Below are positions 38,161 through 52,413 of a stretch of 64,000 nucleotides of DNA, piece by piece (within the stretch, counting starts at the first letter, position 1; every line of letters starts with the position of its first letter). This DNA comes from Octopus sinensis (taxonomy: Eukaryota): positions 30,070,001 through 30,134,000 of the forward strand of contig NC_043004.1 of the NCBI RefSeq assembly GCF_006345805.1, written 5' to 3'. Position numbers and translations under genes: made by a program. A model generated the notes under the pieces. The model did no database searches, had not been told where the DNA came from, and saw only the letters and a program-made list of their open reading frames with translations.

Positions 38161-38747
38161 TATATATACTAACTAAATGATAGGTTTTTTTTCTCCAAAC
38201 TTAATAAATATTAAATCTAAAATTCTTTTTTAATCCAACTTATTATAATAACCAACACTTACTAGCCAAGTATGATCGTATATATTAATGCGGATGCATA
38301 TATGTATATGTTTATATAAGTGTAAAAGAACTTCTATATTTTCTATAACTATGTAGTATATAGATGGTTATTGTGACCATTTCGTATTGGCCTAGTTTTC
38401 TTGATACAAAATCTGATTGCCAAATAGTTGTAAACAACCCCTGAGACAATATTAGTCTATAATTCCCATACCACTTTAACCTCTTCAGGAATAACTTTTG
38501 ACATTTATTTCACCCATTCCTATATCCAAAAATAGAAAATCTCTTTTGTCTCCATTCAACCGAATATCCCCCCTCTTTCTAGCAGATCAAAATAACTTAA
38601 AGAAAATCTTCAGTCAGAAGATAAATTCTAATACCTTAATATTCTTAACATTCAAATCAACATCTCTGTCTGTATATCTACCCTCTTTATAATGTTATCA
38701 ATTAACATGGAAATAAAGTATATGTATTGATGGAAAACTTCTATAAA

Positions 38748-38831
38748 TGGCTGAGGATTGCTCAACATTTTAAAACTGTTGTAATACTTACAATGTTTAA
38801 TTAAGTGATGTAGCATGAAACGATCGTATCA
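38748..38831 (+). ncRNA. Candidate hammerhead motif with long stem II insertion
   Basis: CTGAGGA (38751) - TGCT...AGCA - GAAA (38817) - palindromic CGATCG - TA; stem I is weak. Confidence 0.35.
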
Positions 38832-38963
38832 AATAACCGAAGATATTCTTGTTGCTTATTTTGATTATAATTACCCCATGGATTTATATGGATAACACCA
38901 TACAAAATTCTGGTGCATCTGACTTAAGTACCATATTCATTTGAATCTAAATTTTGCTGAACT

Positions 38964-39006
<43 letters not shown>

Positions 39007-39015
39007 ATGTATATG

Positions 39016-39075
<60 letters not shown>

Positions 39076-40701
39076 ATATATCCGTTGGATAGCCATTGAC
39101 TCTACAGAGTCCCTCCATCCTTTGGCAGGTTTTTGTTTTTCATCCTGCAGAGTGTCCAACGAAAATCACCCTCCTTATCAAGTAAGCTTGGTTGGGTTCT
39201 CAGTATAGTCACCGATGGCCCAACCATGTGACAGGTTGTACTAGGTTACATATTACCAGTGGCACTAACAGTGACCTGACATACATTCATAGGTTAGAAA
39301 CCAGCTCTTTTTCAATTGGCAAGAAACCTTGAAATAAAACTGAATAATAACATGCATACATACGCGCGCACGCACACACACACACAAACACACACAAAAC
39401 TGGATGCTACAAATGCAGGCCTGTCTCTAGACTATGGTGCCTGGGGGTGCTTCAGAATATTCTGGATGGGTACTAATTTGTAATAATGCTAAAATGGAGC
39501 TTTGAAATAAGTCTATCACTGTAAATCTGAGAGCATACCATTGAATTGTAATGGAGCAGTGCCGCCCAGTGCAATTCCTTAGCGACGGGCATGTAGGAAC
39601 GCACGATTTGTTTTGCTCTTGTTGAATGAGAATGATTTACTTGTATCTGTGTATTACGAAAAGATTAATTGGTGAGAAAGTTATGTATAATCAACATCTG
39701 GAAATGTGATAAGTTCCATTTGTTGTTTGCTGAATGGTAGGGGGCGCTATTACAATTCACTCTGTAAGTGTAACTGTGTTTGCTATGATGAGTTGAAGCT
39801 TATGAATTTATAAAAATACAGCGAAAAATTTATAAAACAGTTTTTAGAAAATTATAATTTATTCGTAATTAAGCTGCGGATAGCTTGACCTACAAAAGTT
39901 TGCTAGAGGAGTTCGCTTGATTAGATTTTTCTTTGCATTTGCTATTTTTAATTGTAAATTAGTTTCATTATAGTGTTTAAATTTTGTTTTTAAGTGCTAA
40001 TTAGTCGTTTTTGAAATATTTTTTGCGCTGTTTATTTATGGTCTAGGTATTACGTAATAAGGTATACAATGAACTAAAATGAAATTTATGTATTAGTGTA
40101 GTTCAGTTATAGTTTTATTCTAGGATGTTTTACCAAGAGTAATTAATTCTGAGATATAGGTGAGGAAAACATGTAGATATGGACGTGGTACACTGATTAT
40201 ATATTGTTTTCTTAGCGGGGTCGTGCAAATTTTAACTTGAAACTTTTGATTATATAATCACATATGGGATTCAATTTATATCAAAGAATTTTATTATGCT
40301 AATTAAGTCGATGAATGTATACGCTAATTAAACATACGACTATGACTAATGACTGTTTAGTGTGTTAAAGTTCATTTATATATCTTTGGGGAGTATAGGT
40401 AGTCCTGGCCTCACGTGGTGAAACCATCTAATAACGACTCTGTTCAGAAAGCTAGAATAATACGTATATATGCCAGAGGGGAAAGAGAGAGACACAGCCG
40501 AATAGAATGTTTGAGAGAGAGGTTTATTGATGGGTTAACATGCGTGTCTGTGTGTGCATCATGTATACAGAATAATAGACAGGCCGTCATGAGAACAAAG
40601 TGCATGTGTGTATAGGCATGGATGTATGCGTGTGCGTGAAGTACACATAAGAATAGCCATGAAGAAGAAGTGAAAGAGTCTATAATGAGAAGTTAGACGA
40701 A

Positions 40702-41232
40702 TGTTTATAGACACAAGAAATGAGAGCACCAGTTCATAGTCAATTGTACACTGTAGTTTGAAATACTGTGTCAAGAGGTTGCGGCGATGATGCGGAGTCG
40801 GAGCGGTACATGTCGTACGAAGTTGTGGCTGTAATGCTGCTGCCTGGGTCACTTGTACAGGGGTTCTCGCAGGTTGTATATTCGCTGTTAACCATGGTAA
40901 AGTAATTTACGAACAGTGCTGTGTTGAAACCTGGGCGTCTGGCGTTGTCGCTGGAACTGGCTATATCTTGTGTGGTCAGTGGTTAGAGCTGAAAAGGTCT
41001 GGAACCAAAGACCTCGAGACGAGGAGAAGGTGAGTTTCTATAAGGTACAGTAGGCTCAAACGGGATTGAGAGCAGGCTGTCTCACGTGATCTTATTTAGA
41101 GGGCTCCGATTGGTTATACGCTGCATATTGGCGCGATAGAGTAAGAGACAAATTGCACCAATACTAACTAATCAGAGTAGTGGACACAACGGGGTCCAAA
41201 TAGCGACCAAAAGTTACCTCTTATCTGTTACA
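40702..41232. mobile_element. Possible LTR-like segment
   Basis: GC-richer block with TG...GTTACA ends about 1 kb from the Gypsy pol; no TSD or second copy found. Confidence 0.2.
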
Positions 41233-44200
41233 TTTGAATGTACGTATATATAATAAACGGATGAGGAATTTCACTCGAGTGTATGCTACAGATTATATGA
41301 ATTATGTGCGTATAAGAAAGCTTCCAGTAATGTACGAATGTATGTTTTACATGAATACAAAGACAAATATCAGAAGACAATATTCTTTCGTTAATAAACA
41401 TAACGATTTATTCCTTGATGGTAAATCTCACATGTGGTAGTAGAAAGCACATCACAAGGTAATTATGTGTTCAAGTCAACAGGGTGTAGTGTGACACATA
41501 AGTTCATTTCTCCATAACATCCGAGGTGGTTTGATTCGGTACTTGAGAGTTGCAAAATGTAACTGGTTCAAAATATCTATGAGTTGTATAGCTTAGTTGT
41601 GAAGCGAGATAGTAATCTCATAGCAATATAAATGACATTTACTAATTGGCGTTGAATCGACAACGTGTCTTGTCATCTGGACGTTAAATCAGCAACTGAT
41701 GTTTACATCTCAACGCTCTATCGGCAACTGACATTTTGCCTTTCAAAACTAGCGCGCTTCGCCGCTAGGTAGAAGCTGCCACACGTAATCTTCCGCAGCC
41801 AGCAGTAATTGGATGTATTTGGGGCGTAGCATGACTGTGCTATGCCGCTACAACAAAATAGTGCTAATTTGTCTCACTACAAATACCCTCTAGCAGACTG
41901 AAAGTCGATGCAAAATAACAAATGTAAAGCAAAATATACCTCTAAGGACCAATAAAATAAAAACAACGTTGAAAATTGCAAAAGTATGTGTGTTTGAACG
42001 ATGAAGAATTTTCACAAATCATATACAGGGTGTTCACAAAAATATGTACATAGAAAAAGATTCTGAAAAATTTAAAGGTAACAAGAGACATGCAAAACTA
42101 GGCGAATGCAAAGGAAAGTTAACAAACACGCAAATTCATGAAAAAGAAAACAGCATAAATGTATGAAGCAGGAAAAGAAATACAATACAATAACAGCCAC
42201 TATGGGCCAGTTCATATATAAAAAGTTTTACACAGTTTCTTGGGCCAATGGACACGACGACCACTGCTGGTTGTCGTGACGTATGTTGGTGGAGGAGAGG
42301 TGTGTACGATTTTGTTTGTAATGTGTGCGATGGTGCAACATTTATTTCTGGTTGTGCAGTCTATGAGGGGGTGTATGAAGCTCTGGTGAGAGAGCGTCTG
42401 TATAAGCCCGTTTAAGTCTATCAACCCAGACTGTTTCTCGAGAATCGTTTATATCAATGGTGAAATGTTTATTTGAATGAGAAAGGACACGATAAGATAC
42501 TGAGTAAGGTGGCGTGAGGGGACTTCTCACTGCATCATTTCTAACAAAGACATGTGTCCATAAAGCAATATTCCTCGGGACCGAAGATGTGGTGGCTTGT
42601 TGCCGAGTGTTCATAGGTGGTAATTCGGAAATAGGAATGCAGGCTGTTCACATAAATGCCGGATCTTGAGTGGTGAGATCGACTGGGGCAAGCATCTTCC
42701 CTCGAAAAGTCAAAGAAACACCGTCCAATAGTTCAGCAGGGGAGTATCCCAGATCCTCCTTGAATGCAGTCCGAATACCGAGTTGTACTATGGGAAGGTA
42801 ATCACTCCAGCGCTGAGTGTCGGGGTAAGTACGGAATGCAGCTTTCAGCTGGCGATGGATACGCTCTACCATTCCGTTAGATGCCAGATGATAGCTGGTA
42901 GTCCGAATACGTTGAGCACCGATGGTTTTTGTCAGCTCAGAAAAAAGGTGAGATTCGAACTGTCTGCCACTGTCGACAGTAGCGGTGTAGTAGCATGATA
43001 TCCATCTTGATACCAGAACTCGCGCTACGGATTCAGCAGTAATGTCACTTAATGGAATCGTTTCAGGCCATTGGGGGAAGCGGTCAATACAAGTCATTTA
43101 TATGTAAATCCCTGACTGACAGGCCAGGATCCCGCAAAATCGATATGTATGTGGTGAAAACGTTCATCTGGAGAACTAAAAGTTCCAAGAGGGGTACGGA
43201 TGTGCTTATGCACCTTCGACTTTTGGCACTGGAGGCAAGATCGAGTCCATGCAGTAATGTCCCGTCTCGTATTCGGCCAGAAGAATATAGCCGTTATGAG
43301 TTTTACTGAGGCCGAAACCCCAGGGTGTGAAAGAGTGTGTAAAGCTTCAAATACAACTCGACGATGGGTTCCTGGAATGAAAGGACGAGGCGAATCCATC
43401 GAGGCGTCACACAATATCTGTTTGTCGGAAGTTGATAGTGAGGACTTGAATTTGCATGTTGCAAATTCAGGAGAAGATGTGTCCAGTGCGTCCAGAGGAG
43501 GTTGATCCGAGGACAAAACAGTCAGGTCGATCTCTGGAGTGGATGCCAATAAATTGATCGGCAGTAGTGCATTGAGCATCAGAGATATGTTGAACGTCGC
43601 TGGTGAACTGCGATATAAAGTCCACTTGTTGAGTCTCTCTTGGTGAGTACTTTTCCGGCTTGGACAGCAGGGCAAAAGTAAATGGTAAAGTTTCTCCCTT
43701 CGAGGATATGTTGAAAATGCTTCACCGACAGGAATATTGCTCACAATTCGCGACCAAAAGTGTTACATCGCGTCTCGGCAGGTTTCAATTTTCGAGAGAA
43801 AAATGCAAGAGGTTGTAGCTGTCCTAAATAAAACTACTGTAAAACGGCACGACGAAATGTTGTGTCCGATGTATCAACCACAAGCGAAAGCTTTGTATCT
43901 GAGACAGGATGCGCTAGAAGAGACGCTTTAGCAAGCTTATGTTTTGCAGAAATGAAAGCTTCAAATGGACCGAAATCAGTGCATTATCTTCATTCTTCAT
44001 ACGACGATTTCTCAACATTTTCAGGCAGAAGTTCAGCACAGTGAAGAATAAAACGTCTATAAAAATTTATCAAACCAAGGAAAAGGCGCAGCTGACGAAG
44101 GGAAGAAGGAAGATGAAGGTCTTCAATAGCCTTCACTTTTTCAGGAAGAGGTCGAATTCCCTCGTTGTCAATATGATCCAGAAACACAAGGGCCAAAACA

Positions 44201-45017
44201 CATTTAGCGGGGTTGATCCTTACCTGAAAATCCTGAAGGCGTTGGAAGAGCAGCTTTAAATGATGGATACGCTTTCCAACAGAAGAACTGACAATTGGAT
44301 GATTATCAAAGTAGGCATAGACAAAATCCAAGCCACGAATAACTTCGTCTATGAATCGCTGAAATGTGCTGGCAGCATTCCTAAGGCCAAATTGCATAGA
44401 CAAGAATTCAAAAGAGTCGAATGGAGTTGTTACTGCAGTTTTCGGAATATCTTCCGGGGTAACTGGAATCTGATGCTTATAGCTCGCACAAGATCGAGCT
44501 TAGAAAATACTGTATATTCATGCAAAGATGACGAAAAATCATGAAGATGAAGAATAGGGTATCTATCAGAAACCGTCATAGAATTTAGTCTTCTACATAG
44601 GTCTCCAATCTCCAGAAGCCTTAGGGACCATATGCAGTGGAGAGGCCCATGGACTTGTGGAAGGCAGATAATTCCAAGTTGAAGCATGTGGTCAAACTCA
44701 GCCTTTGCTGCCTTTAGTTTGTCCGGAGGCAGGTGACGAGGACGTGAAAACACAGGAGCACCAGTCATAGAAATTAAATGTTTTGTAGAGTGAGTAGGAT
44801 TACTTGCTTGAAAATTCGGGCTGGTGAGCTCCGGGAAAGAGTCAAAAAGTGACTAATATAAGTCTCCAGACGCCGTGATAAAAAATGTTAGCTTAACTGA
44901 TGGAGTATTCAAATTCCTGCCAAAAATAGCTTCGTAGAGCTATCCAAAAGACGATGCTTACGAACATCTACTAAAAGCGAGTAATGGTGGGAAAAATTTG
45001 CACCTAAAATTCAGCTA

Positions 45018-46307
45018 CGAGGGGCGTTCAACAAGTAATGCCTCTGGCCCACTTGCAGATTTTTGATCTAGCTGAAATTTTGCATGTGCAATTATTGATA
45101 GCTCTATAGATTAAGTGGCAAATTACAGCTCTGAACTAATTGTGGTTTCTGATTTACAGGTGTTTGAACTGAGTCAAGTGTGAAATGGAGCCTGTTGAGT
45201 GTCGAACAGTGATCCGGTTTTTGTATTTGAAAGGACGCATACCACGGGAGACTTTTGCTGAAATGAAAGTAACTTATGGTGATGACACCCCACCATATGA
45301 CCTTGTAAAATGCTGGCATCGTGAATTCAAACATAGTCGGAACTCTGTGGAAACAGCTCCCAGATCTGGTCACCCCACTTCTGCCATTGATGAGGCATCT
45401 GTCCGTCAAGTTGAGGCCGCCATTTTGGAAGATCGACGCATAACTATTCGCCAAATAGCCCATGATGTCAAGATTAGTACCGGGTCTGTAGAAACTATCA
45501 TTCATGACTATTTGCATATGCAAAAGGTGCCTGCTAGATGGATTCCCAGGTTGCTCACACCTTTCCAGAAGCAAGAACGCGTCGAGTGCTCGAGGATGAA
45601 TTTGGAGATGTGCCAAGAAGATGAGTCAAAATTTTTCAAAAGACTGATTACACAGGATGAAACCTGGGTCCATCACTATGATCCAGAGACCAAAGCCCAG
45701 TCAATGCAGTGGAAGCACCGTGACTCACCTCTTCCAAAGAAGGCAAGGGTGCAGCCCTCCGCTGGCAAGATCATGCTCAGTTTTCTGGGACCAGGACGGA
45801 GTAATGATGACAGATTTCCTGGCAAAGGGTACCACAATTACAGGAGCCTATTATGCTTCACTTTTGAGGAAATTAAGAGAAGCTATCAAAATCAAGAGGC
45901 GGGGCAAGATCAGCAAAGGCATCCTCCTCGTGCAGGACAACGCTCCGGTCCACAACTCGCGTGTCGCCAGATCAGAAGCACAGGCGTGCGGCTATGAACT
46001 CCTCCCCCATCCCCCTACTCTCCTGACCTTGCACCCTCTGATTTTCACCTCTTCCCAGCCGTGAAGTTGTTTTTGAAAGGAAAGCGTTTCCCAGATGATG
46101 CAGCCTTGATTTCCTCAGTCACGTCGTGGTTGGAGGGCCAAGCTGGGGTCTTCTACAAAAACGGTCTCCAGAGCTGCATCAAACGATGAGAGAAAGGCGT
46201 AACTCCGGGTGGTTCCTATGTAGAAAAAGACTAATAACTGCGCCAAGTTTCGTTGCTCTACTGCTATGGGAAGTGGGTCAGGGGCATTACTTATTGAACG
46301 CCCCTCG
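45018..46307 (+). mobile_element. Complete 1290-bp mariner (DD34D) transposon
   Basis: TIR CGAGGGGCGTTCAA(C/T)AAGTAATGCC matches 24/25 (34/37 extended); TA TSD at 45016-45017 and 46308-46309. Confidence 0.97.
45185..46234 (+). pseudogene. Mariner transposase pseudogene
   Basis: WIPRLL, ITQDETWVHHY, LVQDNAPVH and YSPDLAPSDF motifs; frameshifts near 45780 and 46010; premature TGA near 46187. Confidence 0.92.
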
Positions 46308-46869
46308 TATGATGAAAACCCATTTAAAATCACGACGTAAATTCGGATCCAAAGAAAGCGAGATTTGACCAGATGTTTGAATTGGTGAATGCTTTATCGT
46401 TTGCAGGTTAATTGCAGAAAGAGGAGGTTTATCCTTAATGAATTTTACCGGTCAAATACTGCAGTCAGCACCAGAATCCACAAGGAAAAGTTTGTGTGAT
46501 GAGAGGTCCGCTATGAAAAATGCACGATTATGAATTGGTAAAAACAGGTGACCACAGTCCACAAAGAAGTTACCAGCATGACAATAAAAAAAAATGTTCA
46601 TCTTCAGCGAGGTTTTCATTTTCCATCCAAATTTATATAAAACAAATCCAAAACGAAACAGGATCAAGAAATTTTTATTTATTTATTTTCTTTACCAATG
46701 GCGGCGAGCGGGAAAAAACCAGGCCAAAGTGAGCCGAGATAGTCATTTTATTTATTTATTTATTTATTTATAATTTTATTATTTATTTATTTGTTTGTTT
46801 TTTTGGCCAAATAAACACACGCACTAAATATATATAGTACATGTGTTTATTTGGGGAAAAAAATAATAA

Positions 46870-47503
46870 GGATCTTTACCTTTTCACCGACAGATTTAAA
46901 AAATAGTTTTTTGTAACTAAACACTTTCAAACTTCGGACACTGGTAGAATGTGTCATGTAAAATATTTTTTGCTCTTAGCGTTTTTGAGAAAAGCTTATA
47001 TTTAGGAAGTTATTTCACGTTAAAGTTCTCGTATTTCGGTAATTTCAACCAATCAATGACGTGTATTCAGCTGAATAACATTACTGCCGTTGTTTGTCAA
47101 CAACAACTATCGGCGGTGTATTTTTCGTTTGTCACTGTTATTTATGACATCGTTCGTGCAATTGTACTGGTTTTAGCTTTTAGGTTTTATGGTTAGGGTT
47201 TTAGGGTCAGGGTTACGGTTTTAGGGTTAGGGTTGTCATAAATAACAGTGACAAATGAAATGTACACCACCGGAAGTTCTTGTTGACAAACAACAGCAGT
47301 AATTTTATTCAGCTGAATACACGTCATTGATTAGTTGAAATTACCGAAATACTACAACTTTATCGTGAAATAACTTGCTATGTATAAGCTTTTCTCAAAA
47401 ACGCTAAGATCAAAAGATGTTTTATATGATACATTCTACCAGTGTCCAAAGTTTGAAAGTGTTTAGTTACAAAATACTATTGTCGGTCAAAAGGTAAAGA
47501 TCC
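46870..47503. mobile_element. Foldback MITE with ~270-280-bp TIRs and TTAGGG-like spacer
   Basis: Arms 46870-47149 and 47234-47503 (GGATCTTTACCTTTT...AAAAGGTAAAGATCC); the 84-bp spacer contains GGTTAGGGTTTTAGGGTCAGGGTTACGGTTTTAGGGTTAGGGTT. Confidence 0.88.
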
Positions 47504-47557
47504 CAAAATAATAATAAATAGATAAAAAAAATAATAAAACGATGACCCCGAAATACA

Positions 47558-47559
<2 letters not shown>

Positions 47560-47590
<31 letters not shown>

Positions 47591-47668
47591 TGTATGTATG
47601 TATGTATGTATGTATGTATGTATGTATGTATGTATGTATGCATGCATGCATGCATGTATATATGTGTG

Positions 47669-47699
<31 letters not shown>

Positions 47700-47710
47700 A
47701 TGCTTGTGTG
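47560..47710. repeat. (TATG)n and adjacent microsatellites
   Basis: Directly visible. Confidence 0.9.
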
Positions 47711-50700
47711 TGTGTTAGTGAGAAAGCAAGCTGTGGTTCTCTGATAATAGTGTCTTGAAAAGTTGTTTGGATGTCTGTGTGTCAATATTCCATAGCTTGT
47801 TTCGATGGCAATGACAATGGTGTGTGCTGCAATTAAAAGGGTTGTAGTGACAGCTGTTGTGCTCGCCGCTGTTGACCTTCTTAGATGCGAGGCTTCAACC
47901 AACTTGACTTTGCCTGAAGGACACATCTGATCGGTCGGTTAAGGCAGAAAAAAAAAAAAAGAAAAAGCAAAAGCTAACAACTTTGTATTGCCAGCTTAAT
48001 GGAAACACAACAATAAATAAAAGTTGGCAGATATGCCATGGAGATCGAATCATGGCTTGACTACCTGTTACATTCTTGTGTGAAACATGAACATCTCAAT
48101 CTCCCATTATACATCTACCAAAATTGATTTTTCGTGCTAAGATAATTAAACCAACATTTTCCTCGCAACAAGTCCATGTAAAGCCAATTTCATAATTGTA
48201 AAAACATGACTGATTGAATTGATGATCCCTAGTATTTATCTGATTATTTCAAATGAAAAAAAAAAAAAAAAGCAACGAGTTGCCAGAATTGTCAGTCTGT
48301 CACACAAAAATGCTTAACAGTTTGTTTTGATTTTACACCCTGAGTTCAAATGTTGCCGAGGTTGATTTTTGCTTTTCATTCTTTCGAGGTCGATAAAATA
48401 AGTACCAGTTAGCACAGAGGTCGATGTAATCGGCAAGCTCACTCCTCTCAAACTCTTGGTCTTGTACCAAAATTAGAAAGAATTATTTCAAACTAGATGA
48501 GATTTAAATTTAGAATAATTAAGTAATTAGAAATGTCTTGTCCAGCTTTGTTGTTTACTTGTTTCAATAAAAGCTTTTGAATCTAACATTTTGATTTATT
48601 TGGTCTAGTCACCTGACCAACGTTTGTTGAGAAAGAAAATATAAGTGGTGGATATGATCCTTGTGTACAGCTTCCTCCATATTTCGTCGAACTCCAAGTA
48701 AGGAGACATAAAGTCAGTTCCGATGGGATTTGAACTCAGTATACTGCAAAGCATTTTAGTCTGAAGCTCCATCGTTTCTGCAAGCTCGCCGCCTTCTTTT
48801 TATCTATGAAATATTGACTGATTTTTATTCTAAGTATCGATTTCTTTAGCTTTATATCAAACACATTAACAAGCCTGTGGTAGTGTAGGAGAGGTGTAAA
48901 ATCGATATAATCTATTTCAGTATATTACAGGAACTTATGTTATCGATCTTAAGAAGTCAGTGGTGGCGTAGGAGTGGAGTATAATTGATGAAAATCTATA
49001 TTAGGCGACCTTGAAAGGGTTTGAACCTAGTGAACTAGTTACCGTAAATCACCGTCAATCGCTGTCAATCACCGAGTCCTACATTCTGCAATCTTAATTA
49101 ACATTAATTAACACCAAAGTGGGAGGCTAATTCCCACAACGAGATGTTTGGACTGTTTAAGATGTTATGAATGAAGGTATTCTTAAAGTGTTGGATTTAT
49201 TGTCGTGTCTTTCAAATGGTATTAAACGAGGTTTGATGGGTAATTTGGATATTGTTAAGGCTGCGTATTGTTCCCATATAAAACTAGGTTAACAGAAAAA
49301 TTCATGTAGTAATTTCACAACACCGCATAAGCATTTGAACATAATTTATTGTGTTGCATTAGAATGAAAAGATGTTCGTGCATTACATTTAATGGAAACG
49401 GTAAGGTGAAAATAGCATAATACAACATGCAAGGAAAATGTCTGTTCGAAGTTTAACACTTGGGCTAGTTTTGAAATATTAAGTAAATATACTGGTGCCG
49501 TGTCATGTCTTCTTTTTCTTCTTCTATATATCCTCGACTGAATATGCAGCCGTTAGAACAGCTATGTATAGAGTGAGTAAATCGAAGCACGACTCAAGGC
49601 ACTCTAAAATTGGCGTGAGTGGAGAACATGATGCCGACTCGGACGTCTACGACATTCTACGATACTGGCGAATTTATTGACTATAAATATAGACTTTATT
49701 CACAGAAAGTTCCAGATGAACTAACAAACCATCACGTGAACAACAGCCGTTGAATGAATAAGATCTCGGTTATGTACATTATCAAACTATGATTGAATTG
49801 TGATTTGAAATCCGTATGTGGTAAAACGCGGGTTCGAATCCAATGCTACAGGTATATTCGTTAATGTTTGATGTGTTAACTTTCTGGGTAATGGATGTTA
49901 TAGTGTATGAGGTAATGACTATAAAGTGTGGAATCTTACTCTTGTATTCCATTCACATGTAGAAGAATGTTTGCAGGGTCTTTATGCCAATAACAAACGC
50001 ATGCGTACAGCAATACTAGCCAGAATACAACAACATGATGGAAGCACTCCGTCGGTTACGACGACGAGGGTTCCAGTTGATCCGATCAACGGAACAGCCT
50101 GCTCGTGAAATTAACGTGTAAGTGGCTGAGCACTCCACAGACACGTGTACCCTTAACGTAGTTCTCGGGGATATTCAGCGTGACACAGAGAGTGACAAAG
50201 CCGGCCCTTTGAAATACAGGTACAACAGAAACAGGAAGTAAGAGTGAGAGAAAGTTATGGTGAAAGAGTACAGCAGGGATCACCACCATCCCTGCCGGAG
50301 CTCGTGGAGCTTTAGGTGTTAACACCGACCCCAGTGCTTTCCCGATACTTTTTATCGAGCCTGAAAGAACGAAAAGCAAAGCCAACCTCAGCAGAATTTG
50401 AACTCATAGCGTAAAGAACCGGAAGAAATGCCTTTAAGCATTTTGTTCATTGCAAAAACGAATCTGGCAGCTTGCTGGTCATAATGATAATCGTTACTAA
50501 TTTTGGCACAAGGCCAGCAGTTTTGAGGGTAAGGTGAAGTAAATTACATCGGACCCCATGCTCAACTAGGGCTTATTTTATCGACCCTAGTCGATCCTAG
50601 AACAGTACTGGTATTTATTTCATCATCCGCGAAAGGATGAAAAGCAAAGTCGATCTCAGTGGTTTTTGAACTCAGAAGGTAAAAGAATCGGGAGAAATTC

Positions 50701-51763
50701 TACTAGGCATTTCCTCTGACACGCTGCCGCTTCTGCCAGCAATAATAAAAGTAATTTTTTTCTCTCTCTCCAGTGCGAGTGTTTCATATTGGCACAATGA
50801 CTCTCCATTCATACTGCAAAATCTGTTTTATTACAGGAATTCACATCAAGAAGCTTTCGAACCAAATGCAAAAACGACAATACGTAGGATGTAAGTAAAA
50901 ACAGCCAGTGGATAGGAACAGTTTGGGTACCACAGTCCATACCACTGGCTATTCTCACCGTTATGCATCCGTTTATTTATAGCGGCAGTAACAACACTGG
51001 AAAATATGTGAGTCGTTAAGTAGCCGCCCAGACTTTTAGAAACAGCAACCGAACCTCCAACGCATGACATCCCGCCGTAAAAAAAAAAAAAAACAACAAC
51101 ATAAAAATCAGAAAAAAAGAAAGACATATTGTCTGTTGCAATCCTTGATATATTATCTTCGAAAGAAAAGATAGGATGGACACGGTTGAAGTAGTTTTGA
51201 TTTATCAAGGCTGACTTGAGGCGAAACAACAACGTCAACAAAAGATAATTTGCAGAACTTTCTAGAGATAAAATGCAGCACACACATACACACACACTCT
51301 CTCATACACACGTACATCCACATACATACTTCAAAGAATTGACAGCTTTCTTCACAACCGAATACAACTGACAGATCCTGGGATATAAGGTTATACATAC
51401 ATACATACATACATACATAAAACACACACACACACATGTATGTATGTATGTATGTATGTATCTCTTCTGTATCCGATTGTTTTTTTTCTTCTTATGGCTG
51501 ACCAGTTTTAAGAATGTCAAGCAAAATATTACAAGATACGTATACACACATGCATGTGTGCTAGCTTTCACACGCGCGCACACACATTAATGTTTGGTAA
51601 GTCGATATTTACACAACTGAATCAGAATGGCAACCTTTCTTAACCAATCTCAGAATATTTAGTTATTTTTGTTTCGTTCTGGATCTTCGTACTTATTCAA
51701 GAAAGAAAAAAATTCAATAAAAGAAAAGAGTAAACTCGAAATAGTTATTTCATTCCTCTAACA

Positions 51764-52413
51764 CAATGTATCTCAACCATTTTTTTATACCTATGGATCC
51801 CTTAGATTCCTGTTTTACTCGGATGGATAATCCGAGCCATTTGATGTTTAAAAAAATCCTATTATATTTTTATAATTAAACTAGCAGTATCGCCCGGCGT
51901 TGCTCGGGTTTGTAAGGGAAATAACTATACAGCATTTTTAGAGAGTTATAGCCAAAAATTAGCAAAAAAATGCATTAAAAATGGAAAAATATGATGGTAA
52001 TTTTTTTTTAAATCGTTGACTCATCGTAGACATTTTTAGAGAGCTACTTCCCTTTAAAAAATATGCATGAAAATGGAAAAAAATGATGGTAAATTATTTT
52101 TTAAATCGTAGACTCATCGTAGACGCGCGCTAATACCCAGAAGGGCTCGATATGAATCACGACTATAAGATACCCGGTTTTGGTTAAACTGCACCGCAAA
52201 ATGTGGGAGTAGTTAGAAATCTAAATCGAAGGGGACAGACACTCACATAACTACAGTTTTATATATAAAGATATTATTAGGAACTGTATACAAATAATTA
52301 TTAAAATATTTTGTGCGTTGTAGAAGTATAGCCAAATTAATGCAGGTAAATTTTAAACAGTAAAATTTTATATAGACCACCAAGTGCCATGTAGACCCTA
52401 TTGAGAAACACTG
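51764..52413. mobile_element. hAT-like MITE interrupted by a Helitron
   Basis: TIR CAATGTATCTCAA vs CAGTGTTTCTCAA (11/13); flanks CTCTAACA and TTCTATCA (6/8, degenerate 8-bp TSD). Confidence 0.6.
51881..52271 (-). mobile_element. Non-autonomous Helitron
   Basis: Minus strand A|TCTTTATATATAAA...CCCGAGCAACGCCGGG (hairpin)...CTAG|T; no TSD. Confidence 0.8.

Larger units (their letters stand above)
42212..46700 (-). mobile_element. Decayed Ty3/Gypsy pol (PR-RT-RH-IN) interrupted by a mariner
   Basis: Protease FLVDSGAD (~46460); RT QFGLRNAASTFQRFID (43990-44768); RNase H PLAFFSRKL...REL; integrase HTLSHPG...CLQCQ and TCIDRF...DSGRQF...NGMVERIHRQLK; C-terminal VDRLKRAY. Confidence 0.92.

Noticed and set aside
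49495-50125. Small ORFs (MYRVSKSK..., MMEALRRLRRRG...)
   Set aside because: Short, with no recognisable homology or consistent exon structure.
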